From assembly GCA_013333625.2 (NCBI GenBank), contig JABCOL020000001.1, forward strand, positions 1 through 62,534: a stretch of 62,534 bases of DNA. Reading direction: 5' to 3'. Positions 28,377 to 38,692 of the stretch are shown in pieces; within the stretch, counting starts at the first letter, position 1, and every line of letters starts with the position of its first letter. The notes below the pieces were generated by a model. The model ran no database searches, had not been told where the DNA came from, and saw nothing but the letters and a program-made list of their open reading frames with translations. Origin of the DNA: Candidatus Saccharimonadota bacterium (GTDB lineage: Bacteria; Patescibacteriota; Saccharimonadia; Saccharimonadales; Saccharimonadaceae). Both the position numbers and the translations under genes were made by a program.

Positions 28377-30803
28377 TTATTGCCATAGTTTACGCACAAT
28401 TGCCGCCAGCAGCGACGCAATAATCGCCGCGGTTGCCGCTAAGCCGAATTCAGCTGGCGACAACGGCGCGATTTTGAATAAATTGCGCAGAAATGGCAAA
28501 CTATAGACTACCGCCAAGGCGACAGAAGCCGCGACCACCACAATAGCCAAGGCATTCTTGCCACGCTGTTTAACAGCCAAGCGAATGATTTTGCGGCCGG
28601 ATAGCGCCAAAATCATACCAATATTAGCTAGAATTATCGTTAAGTAAGTTACCGCTCGCGCTTGATCGCTAGAAGCACCGCTGCCCAGCATTCCGCCATG
28701 AATTAGAACGGCCATCAGCGCCAGCAACCCGCCAATTACTAAACTTTCTAGCACTACCGCTCGACTAAATAATGGCTGCGAAATTCGCCGCGGCGACCGG
28801 TGCATCGTGTCTTCATCCTCTGGCTCGCCTTCAAATACTAACGTACAAGCAGGATCAATAATAAATTCAAAAAATACGATGTGAATTGGCAGTAAAATCA
28901 ATTCCCAACCAAGCAATACCGGCGCAATTGACAACGCAGCAATCGGGATATGCACAATCATGATATACATCACCGCTTTTTGCAAATTAGCAAAAATCCT
29001 TCGGCCGATACGCACACCTTGAACAATTGAGGCGAAGTTATCATCCAGCAACACGATCGACGACGCTTCGCGCGCAACGTCGGTACCGCGCTGGCCCATA
29101 GCGATACCGATATGCGCGCTCTTGAGGGCCGGACCGTCATTAACGCCGTCGCCAGTCATCGCCACCACTTCGCCGTTTTGCTTAAGAGCGGAAATAATCG
29201 CCAGCTTAACATTTGGCGCGACGCGGCTGTAGATTTCTGTAGTTTTGACGAGCTCGCGCTGCTGTTTTTCGTTCATCGACAAAAATTCTTGACCGGTTAC
29301 CACCTGCTCAGTATTCAAACCAATCTCGCGGCCGATACGCCGCGCCGTCTCGGCGTGGTCGCCAGTTAGCATAATCACTTTGATGCCAGCTCGGTGTGCC
29401 AAGGCGACAGCATCCTTAGCCTCGGTACGAATTGGATCAGACAACCCCACTAGACCTAGCAGCTCGTATTGATAGCCGTCGCGAGAAGGCGCGATACTTT
29501 TCGCTGCTGCTTTGGCAATTGCTAATACACGCAGGCCGTCATCGGCTGCATCATCAGCAATCTCTTGCAGTCGTCTTTGCTGCTCACTGGGCAAGCGGCA
29601 TAGTCGAAAAACCTCCTCCGGAGCGCCTTTCAGCGCCATAACCTCAGGCTTGCCGTCCCGCCCCCAAATTTGCGCTACCGAAAACGAATGGCTATCTAGC
29701 GGATATTCTTTGACAATATCCATACCGTTATAAATCGCCGACAGATCATCGGTCGCCGCCAAGAACGCCTCTTCCATCGGATCGGACGGATTTTTTTGCG
29801 ACGCCAGAATACCATAGGCAATAATCTCGTTGCGCTGAGCGTCGCTAGGCTCTTCGCCGCTAGCCGCAATCACCTGATTTATCGCCATGCGGTTCTCGGT
29901 CAATGTCCCAGTTTTGTCCGTGCAAAGCACCGTTGCGCCGCCAAGTGTCTCGATAGTCTGATTCTTGCGCGCTAGCACGTTGCTCTTGGCCAAGCGCCAA
30001 GCTCCCAGCGCCATAAACACCGACAAGACTACCGGAAATTCCTCGGGTAAAATCGCAATTGACAACGTCAGTCCCGCCAAAAATCCATGCAAAAAGTCGC
30101 CGCGTAACAACCAAAACAGCAACGTCAATAACATTGCCAAGAGCACTGCCGCCACCGCTATATAGCGCACGACTCGACTAACTTCCTTTTGTAATAATGT
30201 CTTTTCTGGCTTAATTTCGTGCAGCGACACGCCAATGCGCCCCATTTCGGTCTGTTCGCCGACAGCGGTCACTTCGACGAGTCCGTGTCCAGATGTTATT
30301 ACCGTACCAGAGAAGACTTGGTTGCCAGCGGTCTTCTCGACTGGCAGCGATTCGCCAGTCAAAATACTTTCGTTAGCAGCGACGTTTGACGATTCAATGA
30401 GCTTACCATCAGCAGCCACTCGGCTACCTTCGCCGACAACCAAAATATCGCCAACTACCACCTCTACGCTAGGAATGGTAACATATTCGCCAGCGCGCAC
30501 CACCTGGCATTGCGGCGCAGATAACGATCGCAGTGCTTCTAACGCCCGCTCAGTTTTAGAATCTTGATACAATTCTAGAGTCACCACGCCAACTACCGAC
30601 AGCGCCAGAACAACTGTTTCGTGCCAATCACCCAAGAAAAAGTAGACCACTACCACTGCCAGCAACAAGAAAATCATCGGCTCGCTAATAATTGTTAATA
30701 TCAGCCTAACAATGCTTTTATTTTCGCGGTCAGGCAATCGATTCTCACCATATTTCTGGCGTTGAATAACTACTTGATCGCGTGATAACCCCTGCCTGCC
30801 CAT
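28377..30803 (-). CDS. P-type cation-transporting ATPase (type II-like)
   Basis: TGES, PEEFP, DKTGT, KGAPE, TGDGVND. Confidence 0.95.
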   Translation of the reverse strand: MGRQGLSRDQVVIQRQKYGENRLPDRENKSIVRLILTIISEPMIFLLLAVVVVYFFLGDWHETVVLALSVVGVVTLELYQDSKTERALEALRSLSAPQCQVVRAGEYVTIPSVEVVVGDILVVGEGSRVAADGKLIESSNVAANESILTGESLPVEKTAGNQVFSGTVITSGHGLVEVTAVGEQTEMGRIGVSLHEIKPEKTLLQKEVSRVVRYIAVAAVLLAMLLTLLFWLLRGDFLHGFLAGLTLSIAILPEEFPVVLSVFMALGAWRLAKSNVLARKNQTIETLGGATVLCTDKTGTLTENRMAINQVIAASGEEPSDAQRNEIIAYGILASQKNPSDPMEEAFLAATDDLSAIYNGMDIVKEYPLDSHSFSVAQIWGRDGKPEVMALKGAPEEVFRLCRLPSEQQRRLQEIADDAADDGLRVLAIAKAAAKSIAPSRDGYQYELLGLVGLSDPIRTEAKDAVALAHRAGIKVIMLTGDHAETARRIGREIGLNTEQVVTGQEFLSMNEKQQRELVKTTEIYSRVAPNVKLAIISALKQNGEVVAMTGDGVNDGPALKSAHIGIAMGQRGTDVAREASSIVLLDDNFASIVQGVRIGRRIFANLQKAVMYIMIVHIPIAALSIAPVLLGWELILLPIHIVFFEFIIDPACTLVFEGEPEDEDTMHRSPRRISQPLFSRAVVLESLVIGGLLALMAVLIHGGMLGSGASSDQARAVTYLTIILANIGMILALSGRKIIRLAVKQRGKNALAIVVVAASVALAVVYSLPFLRNLFKIAPLSPAEFGLAATAAIIASLLAAIVRKLWQ

Positions 30804-30944
30804 ATTAAATCAGTATAGCAAAAGCGGGTTAATTTCGATAGCATTCGACGTACCAGCAATCGCGACCATGACCCGCTGAAGGAGTTGTGAAAATGACATC
30901 ATATGCCTCTAGAATACTAATAGATTTTTTGCCATAATCAAGAT

Positions 30945-32360
30945 ATGAATCCGCTGATTCGCTTCATGCGCCACTCGCTAACAAGCATCTTGACAGCAAC
31001 CGACGATGCTGATCAAGTTGATATCGAGAAAATCGACGAGACACTGACGCCGAATATGCGAGCCTTGCGGCTGGTTATGAACATGTCAGACCATTTGCTA
31101 TCAATGGGCACGCCAGCGAATAGCGTCGTACATATGGCGCTCGGGGTAACCGACACATATTGCAAGCGAAAAGTACATATCGATGTCAGCTTTAATCAAA
31201 TTACGCTCTCGCAAGACCGCGGCATCGATCGCGAACCGTTGACACTGATCCGCACTATCTCGCCGCGCGCTACCGATTACCGGCTAATGCGCAAATTACA
31301 AAACCTAGCCAGCCAAATTGCCAACCATAAAGTCACTCTAGATGATGCCGAAAATGAACTCGATGCCATCATTGCCAACAATAAGCGCTATCCTGGCATT
31401 ATCAGTTATATTGCTGGCGGCGGCCTGAGTGCTGGCTCGGTTGCGCTCTACACGACGTCTATACCGATTATCCTGGCTGCCTTTATCATAGGTTTTTTAA
31501 TTACTCTTCTGATAAAGCTACTAGGGCGCGCTGCGCTGCCGCCATTTTTCATTCAGATTATTGCCGCGTTATCAGTCACGTTAATTTCTACTGGTATATT
31601 GTGGCTAGTTAATCATAAGTACTGGGAATTCTTTGCTTTGATTGATCCGACGATACTGACCGTTGGCGGTATCGTCTTGCTAGTAGCCGGCATGATGATT
31701 GTCGGCGCCTTTCAGGACGCAATTGACGAATATTACGTCACAGCTAGCGCTCGGCTATTGAAAGTGGTGATGTTGACGCTTGGCATTGTACTGGGTGTAA
31801 GTATGGGCCTGTACGCCGCCAGACAGTTTGGCTTGGCATTCGTCGCAACCCCCGACAGCCTATCCTTTACAAGCACCACCTATCAGTATATCGGCGCCGT
31901 CATCATCTCGGCATCATTTGCATTAAGTAATAATTCGCGGCCAGTTGGATTATTAATCACTGGCGCCAGCGGACTATTGGGGTATTATGTGCTGTTAGCT
32001 GTATCAGAATTAGGCTTGATAATTATCCCTGCTAACGCCGTCGCTGGATTTACTGTTGGCTTTACAGCTACTATTGTTTCACGTTTGACCAGGATTCCTA
32101 GCCAAGCGATTATCGATGCTGGTATCGTGCCGCTGGTTCCCGGACTAACCTTGTATAACGGACTAATGGCGCTAGTCGCTAATCCGGCCGCTGCAGACGG
32201 TACTCTGTTATTGATGCGCGCGGTACTGATTGCGTTAGCTATTGCTGCTGGCGCCTCGTTCGGCGTACTTATCGGCCGCCCAACACGGCGCAGTCTGGTA
32301 ACATTGCGCAACAACCTGCCAGAACGCCCGCTGCGCTCTAATCAAAAACAACTAAAATAA
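30945..32360 (+). CDS. Threonine/serine exporter (ThrE family)
   Basis: Soluble N-domain then about 10 TM helices; GIVPLVPG motif. Confidence 0.85.
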   Translation: MNPLIRFMRHSLTSILTATDDADQVDIEKIDETLTPNMRALRLVMNMSDHLLSMGTPANSVVHMALGVTDTYCKRKVHIDVSFNQITLSQDRGIDREPLTLIRTISPRATDYRLMRKLQNLASQIANHKVTLDDAENELDAIIANNKRYPGIISYIAGGGLSAGSVALYTTSIPIILAAFIIGFLITLLIKLLGRAALPPFFIQIIAALSVTLISTGILWLVNHKYWEFFALIDPTILTVGGIVLLVAGMMIVGAFQDAIDEYYVTASARLLKVVMLTLGIVLGVSMGLYAARQFGLAFVATPDSLSFTSTTYQYIGAVIISASFALSNNSRPVGLLITGASGLLGYYVLLAVSELGLIIIPANAVAGFTVGFTATIVSRLTRIPSQAIIDAGIVPLVPGLTLYNGLMALVANPAAADGTLLLMRAVLIALAIAAGASFGVLIGRPTRRSLVTLRNNLPERPLRSNQKQLK

Positions 32361-32361
32361 G

Positions 32362-34932
32362 CTACACTCGCTCGGCGTCAATTTTAGTAAGCGCTGCCGT
32401 CGCAATATCGTCCATAATTGGCTTAATTTTAGCGTCAGTTAGGGTTTGCTGATAGCTAGTGAATGTTAACCGGAAGGTCGTAGTCTTGATAGCTGCGTTG
32501 TCTTTCGGTTGATATATACCAAGCGTCTGTATCTGGCAATGTAGATTTTCTGGCTCATCCAGGCATTGCCGAACCGCTCGCAGCAACTCATCATGCGAAA
32601 TTTCCACGCTTGAGCGCAACGAGATGTCTTGACTGATTGATGGGAAACGGCTCAGCGGCCGATAATTATGTTCGCGACTTTCAGTCAGACAGGCTTGCAA
32701 TTTTTCAATGTCAAGCAAGAACGCTGCCGTATAATCTGGCAGTTTGAAATTACGCCGTACTGCCTGAGATAATTCACCGACGATACCTAGCTTGTCACCG
32801 TTTTCCGCGACAATCCAAGCACTGCGCTGGCCGTCAAACGGCGCTGGCACGTCCGCGTCAGACTCTACTATTTTCACAAAATCAGCCTCAACGTTAATAT
32901 CCGCCAACAGCCTATCCACTAGCTTCCTCGCTTTATAAAATGGCGCGCCGGCTCGCGGCTTTTTGCTAGCGTAAACACCGTCGACAAACGTCTGCTCGCT
33001 TGGCAGATTCTCGTCAGTAAGCGGCAATTCTTTATCGTGAATTTTGCCGATTTCAAACAACATGAACTCGTCGTGGCCGGCTTTGATGTTGGCGTGAACT
33101 TTATCCAGCAAACTCGGCAGTACGCTGGTGCGATAATACTGCAAATCAGGGCTTAAAGCGTTGCTTAGCCGATAGGCGCGGCTCGGGTCTTGCTCGGCGT
33201 TTTTCAGGACGCGCTCGTGGACGAAACTATAGGTCAAGGCTTCGTTGGCACCGGCGCGCGACAAACTCTGGCGAATCGCTTGCTTGAGCTGGCGGCGCGG
33301 ATTCCTCGGCGCCGGCTTGATACTGCGCATTGGCAATTGGCGCGGTAGTTTATCAAAGCCATATAGCCGGCCGACTTCTTCGACGATATCTTCAGGTAGT
33401 TCAAGGTCGGTGCGCCAGAATGGCGCGATTACTTCAAATTGATAAGGCGTATTTGGCTCGGGTTCCTCATGCGCCTTAATTTCAACATTCCTCAAGATAC
33501 GGCAGATTTCTTGCGGCGAAAATTCTGTGCCCAAACGTTCATTCACAAAATTACTTTCCAACACTAAGACGCCAGTCACTGCACCCCAATCGAAAATCGA
33601 GATGGTTTCCTTGCCAGCAGAGCCAAATGTAACTCGCGAATCGCGCTGCATGACCATCAGGCGATCGTTGCGCTCATCAAACACTTCGCTCGCCTGTACC
33701 CCGCCAACCATACTCATCAGCTGCTTCAATACGGCAGCATTTTGGAGCGGCGACTGGCCCTTATTAAACCGCGTCAATGCGTCGGTAAAAATACCGTGGC
33801 GCATGGCCGTGCGGCGTAGTGCATACATATCAAAGTTAGCGCACTCCAAAACGATGTTTTTCGTGCCATCCGAAACTTCAGTGTCAGCACCGCCCATAAT
33901 TCCCGCCAGACCTATCACACCCTCGCCATCAGCTATGACGATGTCATCACTCGTCAACTCATATTCTTTGCCATTGAGCAAACTGACCTTCTCGCCATCA
34001 CGAGCCATCCGCGCCTCAAGTTTATGTCCACGTAATTTATCATAATTATAGGCGTGCGTTGGCTGCGCCGTCATCAGCATTATGTAATTCGTGGCATCGA
34101 CAATGTTATTAATCGGCTTGCCGCCCATCGCCACCAACTGGCACTGCAACCATAGCGGACTTGGCTGCACCTCAATATCTTTGATGGCTACCGCTGAAAA
34201 CACCGGCACTACTTCAGTCGCCTCATTGAAGATCTCGAGCTCAAGACCGTCGCCGCTGGTAAATTCTTGAATCACATTGTACCACTCGGGACTAGTAAAC
34301 TTCTGATGAAAAATCCCAGCAATCTCGCGCGCCACGCCAAGTTGCCCAAAACAATCCGGCCGGTGAGTAAACATCTTATTTTCAATGTCCAGCACGTAAT
34401 CATCCAGCCCAAACGTTTCCGCGAAACTCGCACCCGCCGTAAGCTCAACGCCCACCGGCACGTCGTGTTCATAAATCTCAACAATTCCCTCGTGATCCAT
34501 ACCAATCGCCAGCTCGTCCGCCGCCGCCAACATACCTTGACTGAGCACGCCGCGCAGTGACCGCGCGTCCAACACAAACGGCTCGTCGTCGTCAAAACTC
34601 GCTGGCACCGTGCTTTTTGGCGGCAACCAAATCGCCCACATGTCGGCGTGAACATTCGGCGCACCGCAAACCACCTGCACCAGACCGTTCTCATCACGCG
34701 GCACATCCGCCACCGCACCGCCATCATCAATCTTGGTTACACTCAGCCGATCAGCATCGGGATGCTTGGCACATTCAACCACCCGAACGATCCGCGCGCC
34801 ACCATATTTAGCTTTCAGGTCGATCACTGCTTCGACGCCACCGAGTTGCTGATTGACCCGCGCCACCAACTTATCCACCGGCGGTAATTCAAAATTAATC
34901 AATTGTTTGATAATGTTTAGGCTGACTTTCAT
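32362..34932 (-). CDS. pheT: Phenylalanine--tRNA ligase beta subunit
   Basis: HPDADRL, VVCGAPN, HRPDC, RTDLELPEDIVEEVGRLYG, C-terminal FDX-ACB. Confidence 0.96.
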   Translation of the reverse strand: MKVSLNIIKQLINFELPPVDKLVARVNQQLGGVEAVIDLKAKYGGARIVRVVECAKHPDADRLSVTKIDDGGAVADVPRDENGLVQVVCGAPNVHADMWAIWLPPKSTVPASFDDDEPFVLDARSLRGVLSQGMLAAADELAIGMDHEGIVEIYEHDVPVGVELTAGASFAETFGLDDYVLDIENKMFTHRPDCFGQLGVAREIAGIFHQKFTSPEWYNVIQEFTSGDGLELEIFNEATEVVPVFSAVAIKDIEVQPSPLWLQCQLVAMGGKPINNIVDATNYIMLMTAQPTHAYNYDKLRGHKLEARMARDGEKVSLLNGKEYELTSDDIVIADGEGVIGLAGIMGGADTEVSDGTKNIVLECANFDMYALRRTAMRHGIFTDALTRFNKGQSPLQNAAVLKQLMSMVGGVQASEVFDERNDRLMVMQRDSRVTFGSAGKETISIFDWGAVTGVLVLESNFVNERLGTEFSPQEICRILRNVEIKAHEEPEPNTPYQFEVIAPFWRTDLELPEDIVEEVGRLYGFDKLPRQLPMRSIKPAPRNPRRQLKQAIRQSLSRAGANEALTYSFVHERVLKNAEQDPSRAYRLSNALSPDLQYYRTSVLPSLLDKVHANIKAGHDEFMLFEIGKIHDKELPLTDENLPSEQTFVDGVYASKKPRAGAPFYKARKLVDRLLADINVEADFVKIVESDADVPAPFDGQRSAWIVAENGDKLGIVGELSQAVRRNFKLPDYTAAFLLDIEKLQACLTESREHNYRPLSRFPSISQDISLRSSVEISHDELLRAVRQCLDEPENLHCQIQTLGIYQPKDNAAIKTTTFRLTFTSYQQTLTDAKIKPIMDDIATAALTKIDAERV

Positions 34933-35039
34933 ATTACATATAGTATAACACTATCATACGCGAGCTAAAATTGCCCGTGAAAACCGTTCGCTGCCGCATC
35001 AAAGAGCATCAGCTCTAACTCTCTGCTATAATTAATATA

Positions 35040-35990
35040 ATGAAGCGCATCACTATGGTTAAGCACCATCCATGCACGCAGTTGGCTCATTTATACGAGC
35101 ATATGTTTCTGGCGACAGCGGCCGAATTCATGTACCAGCAAGGCCAGTACCAGCTAATTGACTACACGCTAGATGGACACACTTACCCTGGCGGCATTAT
35201 CATTATTAAGAGTATTTGGCACTCGGTCGATGCCACGCGGTTAGCTAACAAGATATTATCCTTGCCGACTGATTTCGGCGAAATGGACAACGAGCCGGTT
35301 TCGCTAGCTCTGTACCGTTTGCTGGCCGAGGAGCCAAACCAGCTATACGTTGCCGACAGCGGCCGAATGATGCACGAGTTAAGACAGCTTGACTCTAGGC
35401 CATGGCAAAACATCGATAATATCAAGCGGCTGAATAGCAGCACTAGCCAAATCAGCGGTATAATTTACTCGACTAACCAGCCGTCAGCAATTCCGCGCAA
35501 ACTTTACATGTCCTTTCAGCTAACTCAGCAATTCCGCCAGCAACGACCCGAAACGTTGCCGCTATTTTATGAATACATGCACTTTTTGAACTTATCAATC
35601 AGCCAAAAGCTTAGTTTACAATTTGGCGCCTACACCGACGACAATCATATCAAATATCACGCCGAAGACATGTCTGTCACTAATACGCTGCATCTCAGTG
35701 TACAATCGGGGCCAATCCAATTTGCTGACATTATCCGCTGCGTCCAGGCCGTCGCCCGGGATTTGCGCTCGCCCGATCTGAATCAACGCTTTGCCGATTA
35801 TTTGCATAGCATATCTTATACCGATGAGCCTTCGATAGCGCCCGACATCGACCGAATGCTGCTTGATTTGGGCATTTTGCTCGGTAGTGACGGCTGGCAC
35901 GCAATTGCTACGCCAGACAACGTAAACGACGTGGCGCAAGCAACACAAATCATCGCTAAGTATGGCAGTCAGAGCGAAGTGATTGAGTAA
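35040..35990 (+). CDS. Hypothetical protein with N-terminal HxxEH (M16-like) motif
   Basis: LAHLYEHMF near N-terminus; TATAAT 7 nt before ATG. Confidence 0.7.
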   Translation: MKRITMVKHHPCTQLAHLYEHMFLATAAEFMYQQGQYQLIDYTLDGHTYPGGIIIIKSIWHSVDATRLANKILSLPTDFGEMDNEPVSLALYRLLAEEPNQLYVADSGRMMHELRQLDSRPWQNIDNIKRLNSSTSQISGIIYSTNQPSAIPRKLYMSFQLTQQFRQQRPETLPLFYEYMHFLNLSISQKLSLQFGAYTDDNHIKYHAEDMSVTNTLHLSVQSGPIQFADIIRCVQAVARDLRSPDLNQRFADYLHSISYTDEPSIAPDIDRMLLDLGILLGSDGWHAIATPDNVNDVAQATQIIAKYGSQSEVIE

Positions 35991-36481
35991 TCAAAAATTT
36001 TTACTAGAATGTTTTTATCTCGGGCTCGATCAATAGTAAATGTCGTGCCTCGGCTATTGTTCACTCGAAAAGCCACTAGTTCATCCGCCAAGTCAACAAT
36101 CTGACAGTTGCGCGCATGAAATGATTCGGCATTGACTTCAGTGAACTCAGTGACATCGTGCACAACACCAGGCCTACTCTGGCAAATCTTTTGTAAAAGA
36201 TTTGCCGTATCAACCGCATCGTCGTAGCGGCATTTACCAGCTGCCGCTCGATCGTACAATGCCTGGCAATACAACTCTAATTTCACCGGTAGAAATATAC
36301 TAAACCGCGACGCGTCCAAGCCGTTCTCATACGCCAGCCGAGCCGCCTCGTGATCGACACCAGTAGCACCGCCCGATACAATACCGCTGCCCTCAGCAAT
36401 CTTCTGACCAACAAATCGCTCAATATCGCGGCAAATCGCGTCGTTCATTTCGCGGGTGCCAACAACCGCAAGCCAATTCAT
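35969..36481 (-). CDS. SLOG (DprA/Smf-like) protein
   Basis: AVVGTR, IVSGGATGVD, FHARN...SRGT. Confidence 0.8.
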   Translation of the reverse strand: MNWLAVVGTREMNDAICRDIERFVGQKIAEGSGIVSGGATGVDHEAARLAYENGLDASRFSIFLPVKLELYCQALYDRAAAGKCRYDDAVDTANLLQKICQSRPGVVHDVTEFTEVNAESFHARNCQIVDLADELVAFRVNNSRGTTFTIDRARDKNILVKIFDYSITSL

Positions 36482-36562
36482 AGTATACGCCTCCTATTTG
36501 CCCCACTGTGAAGCACTATCTGCGCCCATATTTTTACCTTTTTTCATCCTATTATTCAGAGA

Positions 36563-37015
36563 CTATTCGCCAGCCTGGCCACCTCTTTCTTCGACCCTTC
36601 TATTCAAATTATTGATCATTTCTAGGGATTCTGGAGGAATAGGAGCAGCAAGCGCGCCTGCCTCTCCAGCTTCTACGCGTTTTTCTAGATCGTATAGCAT
36701 ATTTTTGGCCGTCTGATTATTTTTTTCCTTAGCTCCTACGATAGCATTTGGGTCTACGGAATTTGCTTGATTTGCTAGATTTCTGAGCATAACACGGCTT
36801 GCCGTCCCGCCAATGCCTCGTGCGGCTTTTACCGAAGGATTACCATTTTCATTTTTCTCCAAACCACGATTCACTATTCCTGCTATATCCAACCCTGGCA
36901 CCCCAGCTAGCTTAGCAGTCAGTGGTGTCGGCATAGGATCAATTGCTGGCTGCGATGACGCGCCACGAGGATGTTCAGATGGAGTCGCTGTTAACAGGTA
37001 TGGAAGTTCACTCAT
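36563..37015 (-). CDS. Hypothetical protein
   Basis: 150-aa ORF with GAAAGG upstream; no recognised motif. Confidence 0.6.
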   Translation of the reverse strand: MSELPYLLTATPSEHPRGASSQPAIDPMPTPLTAKLAGVPGLDIAGIVNRGLEKNENGNPSVKAARGIGGTASRVMLRNLANQANSVDPNAIVGAKEKNNQTAKNMLYDLEKRVEAGEAGALAAPIPPESLEMINNLNRRVEERGGQAGE

Positions 37016-37113
37016 ATTATTCTAATTTCCTTTCATATTGAATCATTCATCTTTTATAATGCCACAAAATTGTCTTAATTACAAAAATACGCCGTCGAGG
37101 CGCCTAAAAAGTA

Positions 37114-37638
37114 TCATTTGCTTTTCTTGCCTTTAGCCGATTTGCCTTTCTCTAATTTCGCAATCTCAATAGCATACACGCCAAGTTTTTCTTTGCGCGG
37201 CGGGTAGATTTTCTGAAGAAGCTGAAGCGCTTCCGCTCTATCTTTGGCTTGCGGTACAATTTGCCGCCAGTCCTCAGCTGCCAGCATCTTAGCAAAATTA
37301 TCGTAGATACGAATCGACTTAATCCGTACCGCGCCAGACTCATGACCAGTTTCTAGCTGCAATAGCTCGCCAGCCCGCAAGCGCTTGATACTACCATAAC
37401 CAACGCGAACCTCCAGGGTTTTACGACCCGACATGATGGCGTCGTAATATGGCTTTTTAATCCTCATTTTTCGAGCGGGCGCAGCATGATGATGCTTAAT
37501 ATTACGAGCAAGCATGGCTTGGCCGCTAGACTGTGTTTTTCGGCGGCACCCCTTATGCAGCCGCGGTTTGGCGATTTTGCTGCCAGAAACGGCACTCCTA
37601 GACGGTCTCGTGGATATCTTTACTTTACGTGCAGTCAC
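37114..37638 (-). CDS. ASCH (PUA-like) domain protein with basic N-terminal extension
   Basis: MRIKKPYYDAIMSGRKTLEVR ASCH signature. Confidence 0.85.
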   Translation of the reverse strand: MTARKVKISTRPSRSAVSGSKIAKPRLHKGCRRKTQSSGQAMLARNIKHHHAAPARKMRIKKPYYDAIMSGRKTLEVRVGYGSIKRLRAGELLQLETGHESGAVRIKSIRIYDNFAKMLAAEDWRQIVPQAKDRAEALQLLQKIYPPRKEKLGVYAIEIAKLEKGKSAKGKKSK

Positions 37639-37714
37639 AATAGACCATTATAACAGACCTCTACCTAACTAAGCCGAAAATGAAAAACGTCTGATAGTAC
37701 GCAACTACTAAATA

Positions 37715-38677
37715 CTATTTCTCATACACCCGCAGGTACATGCCGTACAATTCTTTCTTGTATTTCTTGACGACTTTGTCTTCTGGCGATATTAATTCGT
37801 GGCCAGCGCCGATATAAGCTGGCGTCGTTTCGTAAGTAAATTCGGCACCGCTGGCCTTAGCCATGCCTTCGGCGATATTCATTGCCATGGTTTTATCGAT
37901 CAAATCGTCCTCGCTACCAATTATCAAGCCGAGATGCTTCAAACCTTCAGCCTTCAAATCATTGCGATAATTCTGCTTGATAATGACATAATTTGCCAGC
38001 GCCCGGTACGACAAGTTGCCGTCAAAGAATTGATCTGGTAGCAAATGATTGCCATAAACATTACGCAGCAGCGCCATTTGCCACTTCGGTGCTTTAGAAG
38101 CGTCCGGTTCATAGTACGGCGAGAGTAGTAATACCCTAGAGAATAATCCATTGCCATACTGCGCCAGCCACGTTGCCAGCGTGCCTCCGCCAGAATGGCC
38201 GATCACACCTAGCTCGTCGCCCAGACCGCTGACTAGCCCAGCGCTGTCACCCATGAACTTCACCAATTCGCTGGCGCGAACTTTCCCGTGGAGCTTATTG
38301 TCTTTCATACCGTGGTGCGGCACTCGCGGTACGTACACATTGTAGCCCGCCTGGTAAAACCAGTCTGCCAGCTCAACCATTCCTGAAGGTTCAGCGCTAA
38401 CGCCGTGAAGAATCATTACCGCGCGAGCAGTTTTCTTGCCGCGAGTTTTCAATATCGGCCGGCAATCCGGACGCACCTGGCTGTTAGCGGTATCATCGGC
38501 AATGACTTTTTGGATATCCGCCACCGACTGGTTATAATCGCGCCGCTTGATGTCGGCTTTTTGCAACTCAGCGCTGCGACTTGGCCAGAGAAAGGCCCAC
38601 GCGGCAAACACTGCTACAAACGCCACCACCACACACACTGCTATTAGTATTATTTTTTTGCTGCTTAATGCTGCCAT
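37715..38677 (-). CDS. Membrane-anchored alpha/beta hydrolase (esterase/lipase)
   Basis: N-terminal TM, ILHG, GHSGG nucleophile elbow. Confidence 0.85.
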   Translation of the reverse strand: MAALSSKKIILIAVCVVVAFVAVFAAWAFLWPSRSAELQKADIKRRDYNQSVADIQKVIADDTANSQVRPDCRPILKTRGKKTARAVMILHGVSAEPSGMVELADWFYQAGYNVYVPRVPHHGMKDNKLHGKVRASELVKFMGDSAGLVSGLGDELGVIGHSGGGTLATWLAQYGNGLFSRVLLLSPYYEPDASKAPKWQMALLRNVYGNHLLPDQFFDGNLSYRALANYVIIKQNYRNDLKAEGLKHLGLIIGSEDDLIDKTMAMNIAEGMAKASGAEFTYETTPAYIGAGHELISPEDKVVKKYKKELYGMYLRVYEK

Positions 38678-38692
38678 CTTTTATACCTTTCG

